From assembly GCF_007431345.1 (NCBI RefSeq), contig NZ_CP041730.1, positions 163,651 through 195,650 of the forward strand: a stretch of 32,000 nt of DNA, in the 5' to 3' direction. Positions 24,928 through 32,000 of this stretch are shown piece by piece. A program made the position numbers and the translations under genes. How positions within the stretch are numbered: the stretch's first letter is position 1; each line of letters opens with the position of its first letter. The stretch comes from Chitinimonas arctica. GTDB taxonomy: Bacteria; Pseudomonadota; Gammaproteobacteria; Burkholderiales; Chitinimonadaceae. The notes beneath the pieces are model-generated. The model ran no database searches and was not told the origin of the DNA. It saw only the letters and a list, made by a program, of their open reading frames with translations.

Positions 24928-27900
24928 CTAAAAACTTTTCGTCATGCACTTGTTGTAGTTAGTCTCGCACGTCGTCATGGCATCCGTATCCACGGAACCA
25001 TCTGGTGCGTTTGCCTTTCCATAACAGGCTGTTCTATCCTGATGACAGCAGAGTGTCGGAGTACGCGCGCAGGCACCCCTTACATTAACCTTGCATTGCT
25101 GTTGAAGCTTCCCATTTAGCCATGCCCAGCCACAATAATCGCGTTTGCATTCTTGATAGCGCGGGGCATCATCACCCGGGTCATAAGGTTTTTTCGGCTC
25201 CCTCGGTAAATCAAAATGCGCACCCGGCTCCATGGATTTACATCCAATACCACCACGCGTGCATTGAATTTCCAGACCAAACGGATCGACAAACAACAGC
25301 GGGTTTGCACCGACATAAAGGTAAGTGTTGCTCCCTCCAGCCAAGCCAATCGGATCGGACTGGATATAGCGTCCAGAAGCCGGATCATAGTCCCGGAAGT
25401 AGTTATAGTGCAGACCGCTTTCGACGTCATAGTACTGCCCGTCGAAGCGGAGGTTGTAGACAAACTTACTGCCAGTCTTCGCGGGGTCTTGGTTGGGTTG
25501 AACCGTGCCGAATCCGTCACTATCCCAACGCCACACGACCTTGTTGGCGGTATCTGTTACCACCCGTGGCGAGCCAAGCTCATCCGGCTGCACATAAAAG
25601 ACGGTTACACCTGCGCCATTCGGTCGCAGCGTTGCAACCGGCAGGTTCTCCAGCCAAACCGTTTCTTGTACCAACTTGCCCGCCGCATCATATTCGCCCA
25701 ATAGATGACCTTGCAGATCGTAGACAAACAGACCGCCGGTTTTGCTAAACCGCTGACCTAGGCCGTTGTATTGATAGTTGGTCGTAACGCTGCCCTTCTT
25801 GACGGACACCATGCGTCCGCGGCTGTCGTAAGTGAAGGTGCGTGTCGCATCCTTCACGATGCTGCCGGCAGCATCGACGCTGATCGGAGAGACGACGCCG
25901 GTAGCGACGTTGGTGATGGCATTCAGCTTGTTGCCGCTGTAGTCATAGGTGTTACCGCTGCTACCGCTCTCGTCCGGCGCCCAGCTCAGTCGATTGCTAT
26001 TGCCATCGTACGCATAAGTGAAGTTACGCCCCGCATTGCTTTTTTCCCAGACCAAGCGGTCCAATTCATCGTACGCGAATGTTTGGTTGCGCTTGCCATC
26101 GAGCACATCAACAATGCCGGTTAGATTACCGACGGCATCGCGTTCCAGTTTGCGCGTCAAGGCGCCCTCGGAGCTGATATTGACCAATTGTCCAGCCAAA
26201 TCGAACAAACGCTGATGGCGCTTTCCATTGGCCCAAGACCAAGCCATCGGTATTTTACTCAGGGGCAGCCAACTGAGATCACTGATGATGGCAGTGCCAT
26301 TCACGCTCACACCATTTGGCTGGCTTTGATTCGAAGCATAATTGAAGCCAATGACTTGACCGGAGGGGGTAGTGAGACTGTTTAGCCTACCCGCCGCATC
26401 CCGATTATAACGGGTAGTTAGATTAATACTCCCTACCGTTTGCGTCAGCAAATTGATTTGCCCAAGCCCATCGTAGCCAAAACCAACCGTGGCGCCACCA
26501 CCGACAATGCTGCTTAGCGCACCAATACGCGCCGAGTCGTAAGTATAATTTATGAGGGGACCACCAGCGTAACTGATGCTCGCCACACGTCCGATCACAT
26601 CGTAGGTGTAAGTGCTGACTTTACCACGGGCATCGGTCCGAGTTTTGATCAAACCGTTTGGTAGGTAAGTATATTGCTCAATACCCGTATCGGGACTTTG
26701 TCTTTTTAGCGTCTGGCCCAGGCCATTGACCGTATAATTTGTGCTCTGCCCATCTGGCGTAATGACGCTGGCTATCTGGCCAAGAACGTTATAGCCAGAG
26801 AGGATGGAATTCCCATCGGGACGTGTCGAACTAATTAGTGAATTCAATCCATCATAAGCGTATGTATTGCTTCGACCAAGCGCATCGACCTGATCAATGA
26901 GATTACCGTTGGCATCATAGCTGAAGCGGGTGACCTTCCCCAGTCCATTGCTGATTGAGTCGAGCTTTCCCGTCAATGGATCGTAAGTGAAGATTTGTTT
27001 CGTGACGACGCCCAAAGCATTAGTTCGACTTTCGGTCAATGGCCGACCTGCGTTATCCAAGGTGTAGGCGATACGCCCTCCGGTGGCATCTTGGATAGTA
27101 GTTAGTCGATCTGCGCTGTCATAAGTAAAGCTAGCGCTTCCGCCATTTGGCCGCGAAACCGAAGCCAATTGTCCATGTAACGTGTATGTGTAAGTCGTGC
27201 GGCTACCATTGGTGGTCAGCTCAATGAGACGACCAAGGTCGTCGTAAACATAGCTCGTCACCTCGCCGGTGGGGGCCGTGATACGGAGAGGACGGCCATG
27301 CGCATCGTTCTCGTTAATCGTCCAGGTATGATCCAGGGCATTAGCAACGCTAATCAACGCACCGCTGTTGTCATAGCTGTAACGCGTCTTGCCGGTGCGG
27401 GGGTCGGTGACGCTCGTCACCCGACCGGCCGCATCGTGGGTATAGGTCCACGTCTGGCTTTGTCCACCCGCAGTCATCGTTTTCGTCAGCGAATTGCCTT
27501 GACCGTCATAGGTATACGTCACTTTGTTGAGTGGCGTGTTCAGTTCCAGCAATTTGCTCTGCGTACTGTCGGTCCGTTCGGTGCTCACCAAACCGTTTGG
27601 ATAGGTCGTGGTAACCAGCGTGCCGGTACTGTCATATTTGCGGCTGGTGGTATTGCCATTGAAATCCGCGTAAGTATTCGGCCGGCCGATATTGTCGTAC
27701 CCGATGGTCCGCGCGGATCCATCGCTTCGCGCAATGGTTGTCGGTTGTAGCGCGCCCTTTTTTGCGAAGGTGAAGCTGCGCGCAACCCCGCGTGCATCGG
27801 TCAAGACACGGCTGCCGTCACCGCTATCCACCAACGTGGTCGTACCAAGTCCATCGGGGCCGCTGACCGTACTGACCAACTTAGCCGGGGTATAGCTAAT

Positions 27901-28842
27901 CTTTTCAATCAGCGCCCCAGCTGCGTCGTCAACCTGAGTTAGCAGCTGCGGTGCACCTTCATGATGATACTGATATCGCTCGCCGCTCCCCGCCGGACCG
28001 TAAACGGCGGCCAAGTTGCCTATCGTATCGTAGCTATAATTGAGTACATAGCCGCCAGGTCCAGCGATCTGGCGCAGCGCCCCATTGGCTTGGTAATAAA
28101 ACGAAAGTACCCGCCCGCCCATCGACGTGACCGTAGCGAGATTGCCGGCCGGATCATAATCGAGGTTGGCGCTCCAGCCGTTCGCCTGGGTAAAGGCGCT
28201 CAACTTATACACGTTGCCGGGTCCCGTCGGCTTGAATGTCTGCACCCTGCCATCGCGCCACGTCACTGTATAAGCCGCACAATTGCTGACCACTTGATTA
28301 ATCGCCGTCAAGTTTTCAGGATTGGGGGCTGGGGTAGAATCGCTGTTGGTCTCGGTCGGCGCGATGCACTCGACCGACGCCTTGCGATCACTCATGACTC
28401 TCCACGGGCCGGTGGCAGTATCGCTGCTAAGCATCAATTGCTCGCCCTGCGCCCCAAAGATCACGGCTCGGCCCGGCCAATTGAAGGTCCGCGTTTCGTA
28501 ATAAGTGGTCGGCTGGCCGTCCGACTCCCGAATCTTGTAGAACGGCCCATAGGTATGCGTAAAACGCGTATATGGTCGGATCAGGAACAACTGCTCGGTG
28601 AGGAATGGCAAAGTCCAGCCGGGATTCCCCAATGCACCAGCGGGTACCTGGAAGGCGGCGTGTGCATTTGCACTACTATAAGTTCTAACCAAGGAAAGCT
28701 CGGGTTCGGCTACATTCTCGTAATCGACGACGGAATGACTGTAGCTCGCGTTGGCGGGATGAATGGCCGCAAAAGTGGAGACTGGCAACGCGGCAACGGC
28801 AAATACTTTCGCCACAGCGAAAGCAGGAAAATTCAACTTCAC
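24928..28842 (-). CDS. Rhs / YD-repeat toxin with N-terminal Sec signal peptide and a variable C-terminal tip
   Basis: GTG 28842 follows AGGAAG. The signal peptide is MKLNFPAFAVAKVFAVAALPVSTFAAIHPANA. There are dozens of YD-type repeats (e.g. YTYDxxGRxxS, YxYDxxGNL). The Rhs core end is FDGQYYDVESGLHYNYFRDYDPASGRYIQSDPIGLAGGSNTYLYVGANPLLFVDPFGL, followed by a 114-aa tip. No PAAR or VgrG-like region was seen. Confidence 0.9.
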   Translation of the reverse strand: MKLNFPAFAVAKVFAVAALPVSTFAAIHPANASYSHSVVDYENVAEPELSLVRTYSSANAHAAFQVPAGALGNPGWTLPFLTEQLFLIRPYTRFTHTYGPFYKIRESDGQPTTYYETRTFNWPGRAVIFGAQGEQLMLSSDTATGPWRVMSDRKASVECIAPTETNSDSTPAPNPENLTAINQVVSNCAAYTVTWRDGRVQTFKPTGPGNVYKLSAFTQANGWSANLDYDPAGNLATVTSMGGRVLSFYYQANGALRQIAGPGGYVLNYSYDTIGNLAAVYGPAGSGERYQYHHEGAPQLLTQVDDAAGALIEKISYTPAKLVSTVSGPDGLGTTTLVDSGDGSRVLTDARGVARSFTFAKKGALQPTTIARSDGSARTIGYDNIGRPNTYADFNGNTTSRKYDSTGTLVTTTYPNGLVSTERTDSTQSKLLELNTPLNKVTYTYDGQGNSLTKTMTAGGQSQTWTYTHDAAGRVTSVTDPRTGKTRYSYDNSGALISVANALDHTWTINENDAHGRPLRITAPTGEVTSYVYDDLGRLIELTTNGSRTTYTYTLHGQLASVSRPNGGSASFTYDSADRLTTIQDATGGRIAYTLDNAGRPLTESRTNALGVVTKQIFTYDPLTGKLDSISNGLGKVTRFSYDANGNLIDQVDALGRSNTYAYDGLNSLISSTRPDGNSILSGYNVLGQIASVITPDGQSTNYTVNGLGQTLKRQSPDTGIEQYTYLPNGLIKTRTDARGKVSTYTYDVIGRVASISYAGGPLINYTYDSARIGALSSIVGGGATVGFGYDGLGQINLLTQTVGSINLTTRYNRDAAGRLNSLTTPSGQVIGFNYASNQSQPNGVSVNGTAIISDLSWLPLSKIPMAWSWANGKRHQRLFDLAGQLVNISSEGALTRKLERDAVGNLTGIVDVLDGKRNQTFAYDELDRLVWEKSNAGRNFTYAYDGNSNRLSWAPDESGSSGNTYDYSGNKLNAITNVATGVVSPISVDAAGSIVKDATRTFTYDSRGRMVSVKKGSVTTNYQYNGLGQRFSKTGGLFVYDLQGHLLGEYDAAGKLVQETVWLENLPVATLRPNGAGVTVFYVQPDELGSPRVVTDTANKVVWRWDSDGFGTVQPNQDPAKTGSKFVYNLRFDGQYYDVESGLHYNYFRDYDPASGRYIQSDPIGLAGGSNTYLYVGANPLLFVDPFGLEIQCTRGGIGCKSMEPGAHFDLPREPKKPYDPGDDAPRYQECKRDYCGWAWLNGKLQQQCKVNVRGACARTPTLCCHQDRTACYGKANAPDGSVDTDAMTTCETNYNKCMTKSF

Positions 28843-29376
28843 TATTTCTTCCTTGGAATATTTCGAACACGCCAGTACCGCATTACAAAGATTGCAATGT
28901 ATTAGCTAGTAAAGACATCTAACGCTTTACCGAAAAACAACCCCATCCGCTCATTGCCCATAAACGAGCGCAACAAGGTACCTGGCTGGGCACACGCACC
29001 AACCAGAGAGCAATCGAAAAAGGGAACAGCCGACTCGCCTACCCAGAGCGGCCGGTACTTTACCATAAAACAAAAAATATGCAAGTATTTCAATACCTTG
29101 CAAGCGAGCAACAGGCATTGAAATCTCTTGAAAAGTCGCCTACACAAGGCCTCTGCCGGGTTTGGGGTCCAGTAAAAAGCGAGGCCTGCAACACGCTTGA
29201 TCCAGGAGGGGGAGGGATGAATGTCCTATGCGACGCGCTCAACTTGGGGGTTAGGAATTTCCCTGGCCCATGCCGCTGGGCCCCTCCCTCGCTGACACAT
29301 GCCCACAAGTACCAGCAGGACAAATAAGCGGATTTTTAAAATTGCAGAGATAAATAAGCCACTTTGAATTGTCTTG

Positions 29377-29421
29377 AAAAAACATCCCCTGCGTTGACAA
29401 GGCTAGCGCTCGCCTCAACGC
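29377..29421 (-). terminator. Possible terminator after the gspG-like gene
   Basis: On the - strand, GCGTTGA pairs with TCAACGC (29391-29397 / 29415-29421 on +). A TTTTTT run (29377-29382 on +) follows 8 nt later. The geometry is not canonical. Confidence 0.3.
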
Positions 29422-29454
29422 ATATAGACGAACCCAGACGTCCCAACGCTTTAT

Positions 29455-29886
29455 TCACTTAGCCTCGACGCTGTCCCAATTGGTCACATCGGCATCGTCG
29501 CCGCTACCGCCAGGCTTACCATCCTTGCCATAAGCGACAATATCGGCATCGCGCCCTTGGTCGCCGGGCGACTTGTAGACATAGGCATGACCCCAGGGGT
29601 CGGCCGGTACGCGCTTCTTCAGGTACGGACCGCGCCAGTTGCCTTCATTGGCTGGTGCCGCCACCAGCGCAGCCAGGCCTTGCGCGGTGGTCGGGTAGCT
29701 GCCGACATCGACCCGGTATTGGTCGAGCGCCTTGTCGAAACCGTCGATTTGCGCACGGGCGACCTGGGTTTGCGATTTGCCGATCTGCGAGAAGTACTTG
29801 GGACCGACGAAACCGGCCAGCAGGCCGATGATCAGCAGGACGACCAGCAGTTCAAGTAAGGTAAAACCAGCGTGTTTGGCTCTCAT
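29455..29886 (-). CDS. gspG: Major pseudopilin GspG-like
   Basis: ATG 29886 forms an ATGA overlap with the upstream gene. The prepilin leader and cleavage motif are MRAKHAG|FTLLELLVVLLIIGLLA with Glu+5. GspG-like blocks are QIDGFDKALDQYRVDVGSYPT, GNWRGPYL and DPWGHAYVYKSPG. The track start at 29952 was rejected. Confidence 0.9.
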   Translation of the reverse strand: MRAKHAGFTLLELLVVLLIIGLLAGFVGPKYFSQIGKSQTQVARAQIDGFDKALDQYRVDVGSYPTTAQGLAALVAAPANEGNWRGPYLKKRVPADPWGHAYVYKSPGDQGRDADIVAYGKDGKPGGSGDDADVTNWDSVEAK

Positions 29887-30377
29887 TTTCGGCTTTTTTC
29901 CGGTTCGGTCGGGGCATCCGGCCCCGTATCGGGTTGATAGATAAACTGCCAATCTCGGTAGTGCTTGGCGCCCTTGAAACTTGCCAGCTCAGTTGGAAAG
30001 CCATCGATCTTCTGCGGCGCCTGCATGGAGAGGGAGTACACCCCCATGATGCCGCCACTGGGGGCCGGTACCAGGCCCCACTCCTGCGTGGCGCGGATCG
30101 GGTCACGGTACAAGCGGCGCAATGGCCGCTGCGGCCGAAGTGGGCGCTGGTCCAACAACAATACGTCCAGCGTGGGCGGATAGCGCACGCTGCCGCTGCC
30201 ATTGCGGTAATAGGCACGGATAGCAGCTTGGTAGGCCTGGCCGACATAGAGCAGCTCGGCTTCACGTTCACGCAGCTCGGCCGTACGGCTATTCTCCAGC
30301 GCGCGCGTGGTCAGCACCGCCAGGATGGCGACCAGGAACAACGCAACCAAGTAGCTGAAGCCCTGCTGGCGCCGCAT
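29883..30377 (-). CDS. Minor pseudopilin-like protein lacking Glu+5
   Basis: ATG 30377 forms a TGATG overlap. MRRQQG|FSYLVALFLVAILAVL has the prepilin-type G|F motif, but Val sits at +5. In classical T2SS that is the hallmark of the GspK-type tip subunit, although this protein is only ~164 aa. Confidence 0.65.
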   Translation of the reverse strand: MRRQQGFSYLVALFLVAILAVLTTRALENSRTAELREREAELLYVGQAYQAAIRAYYRNGSGSVRYPPTLDVLLLDQRPLRPQRPLRRLYRDPIRATQEWGLVPAPSGGIMGVYSLSMQAPQKIDGFPTELASFKGAKHYRDWQFIYQPDTGPDAPTEPEKSRK

Positions 30378-30748
30378 CACCAGTCCTTGAACCAGCTTTT
30401 GTCACGTGCTTGGCCGGGCGCCGCACTGCGAACGTCGGCGATAGCGCCGGTACCGCTCTCGGTCGGTGCAATCGGCAGCCAGCTCTCCTTGCTCTGCGTC
30501 AGCGGGTCGATCGGGATGCGGCGCAGGTATTTATGGTCGACCAAGTCTTGCAGCGTTTCAGGGTATTTGCCCTTGTCGGCGTAAAACTTATCGATGGCAT
30601 CGCGCAGCAGGTACAGATCCTCGCGCAGCACATCCTCCTTGGCCCGGTCCAGATTGCCGAAATAGCGTGGCGCGGCCAGCGACAGCAGCGTGGCGATGAT
30701 GGCCAAGGTGACCAGCAATTCGATCAGGGTAAAGCCCTTGGTGCGCAT
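30377..30748 (-). CDS. GspG-like pseudopilin paralogue
   Basis: ATG 30748 lies 2 nt after the upstream TAA. MRTKG|FTLIELLVTLAIIATLLSLAAP has Glu+5. A GspG-like LRDAIDKFYADKGKYPETL block is present. Confidence 0.75.
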   Translation of the reverse strand: MRTKGFTLIELLVTLAIIATLLSLAAPRYFGNLDRAKEDVLREDLYLLRDAIDKFYADKGKYPETLQDLVDHKYLRRIPIDPLTQSKESWLPIAPTESGTGAIADVRSAAPGQARDKSWFKDW

Positions 30749-30750
30749 GC

Positions 30751-31251
30751 TTACCACTCCCTGTAGGCCACGCCGTTCAGGCCGGTCTGCGTGGAGAGCG
30801 AGTAGACGTCGAACACATCGTCGCCGGCCAACGGCTGGTCCGGCGGCGAGTCGAATCGGCGCATGCCCCAGGTCTGTTCGGCGGGCGTACTGGCGGTCGG
30901 ATAGAAGGGATCGCGCGGCAGGCGGCGCAGGAAATACAGCCGCGCGCCGCCCGGCGCCTTGGCATTCGGCACCCCGGCTGCCAAGGCGACGAGCGTGGGT
31001 GGATAGCCATTCTGGCTGCCGGAGGCATCTACCGGGACAATGCGCCCATCAGCCGTGGCGGCTTTATAGGCATCGATTGCCTGACGGATATCCCGCAGCG
31101 CGCGGCGCAGCTCGTGTTCCTTGTGCCGCTTGAGCGTGGTCTGCGCTAAAGGCATGGCCATGGCCGCCAGCGTGGCGATAATGGCCAGCGTGGCCAGCAG
31201 CTCGATAAAGCTGAAACCGCCCGCACGGCTGGAAGAAAGTCGGCGCGGCAT
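30751..31251 (-). CDS. GspG-like pseudopilin paralogue
   Basis: ATG 31251 lies 2 nt after the upstream TGA. MPRRLSSSRAGG|FSFIELLATLAIIATLAAMA has Glu+5. An LRDIRQAIDAYKAA block is present. Confidence 0.7.
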   Translation of the reverse strand: MPRRLSSSRAGGFSFIELLATLAIIATLAAMAMPLAQTTLKRHKEHELRRALRDIRQAIDAYKAATADGRIVPVDASGSQNGYPPTLVALAAGVPNAKAPGGARLYFLRRLPRDPFYPTASTPAEQTWGMRRFDSPPDQPLAGDDVFDVYSLSTQTGLNGVAYREW

Positions 31252-31253
31252 GA

Positions 31254-32000
<747 letters not shown>

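Larger units (their letters stand above)
23716..29454 (-). other. Compositionally atypical ~5.7 kb cassette (Rhs toxin plus two small envelope proteins) lying between the gspG-like and gspF genes
   Basis: The region is visibly AT-richer than its flanks. Hand counts give 24661-24720 = 19/60 GC and 26401-26460 = 24/60 GC, against 9001-9060 = 35/60 GC. It is bounded exactly by the gspG-like stop (29455) and the gspF start (23712/23715). No integrase, transposase or terminal repeats were seen. Confidence 0.6.

Noticed and set aside
25122-28905. Plus-strand ORFs inside the Rhs gene: 25122..25748, 25216..25704, 25771..26124, 27298..27750 and 27961..28905.
   Set aside because: They are opposite a 1304-aa ORF with unmistakable YD repeats and an Rhs core. 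They have no RBS or motifs of their own.
28902-29327. Small ORFs 28902..29147 (-) and 29079..29327 (+) upstream of the Rhs gene.
   Set aside because: They have no RBS and no recognisable domain, they overlap each other, and their composition does not look like coding sequence. They are kept only as part of the long-leader observation.
23716-29454. Search for mobile-element hallmarks at the cassette edges (direct or inverted terminal repeats, integrase, transposase, tRNA target).
   Set aside because: None was found by eye, so the region is reported as a compositionally atypical insertion and not as a defined mobile element.

Overview
All family calls below come from reading the sequence and the supplied translations and recognising motifs; no database or HMM search was run. 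The window looks like a high-GC proteobacterial chromosome segment with two distinct halves.

The left half (1-15.8 kb, mostly + strand) is core or signalling DNA:
- a YfiR-like gene tail, then a CHASE8-type histidine kinase, a stand-alone receiver, and a REC-PAS-GGDEF(degenerate)-EAL-REC protein;
- an alpha/beta hydrolase;
- a membrane GAF-PAS-GGDEF-EAL protein;
- mfd, bcp, a PIN-PhoH (PhoH2-type) ATPase, an orphan ParA-like ATPase and a secreted TPR protein.

The right half (15.9-32 kb, entirely - strand) is a non-canonical type II secretion / type IV pilus-like operon. In transcription order it holds a secretin C-terminus fused to a cohesin-like module, four pseudopilins, GspF, GspE, a PilM/GspL-like protein and a PilN-like protein.

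This operon is interrupted between the major pseudopilin and gspF by a ~5.7 kb AT-richer cassette. The cassette encodes a Sec-signal-bearing Rhs/YD-repeat toxin whose 114-aa C-terminal tip has 11 cysteines and matches no family I recognise. A 4-TM membrane protein and a secreted protein follow it.

Downstream of the operon lies a compositionally mixed islet:
- an AT-rich DUF416/YjaG-like gene;
- a diverged 107-nt relic of the pilN-like gene's 3' end, which I read as a recombination scar;
- a Sel1-repeat gene broken by one in-frame TAG;
- a lipoprotein trypsin-like protease with an unassigned N-terminal domain.

I saw no rRNA, tRNA, CRISPR array, transposase or integrase. Many long ORFs in the six-frame track are antisense shadows of real high-GC genes and were rejected.
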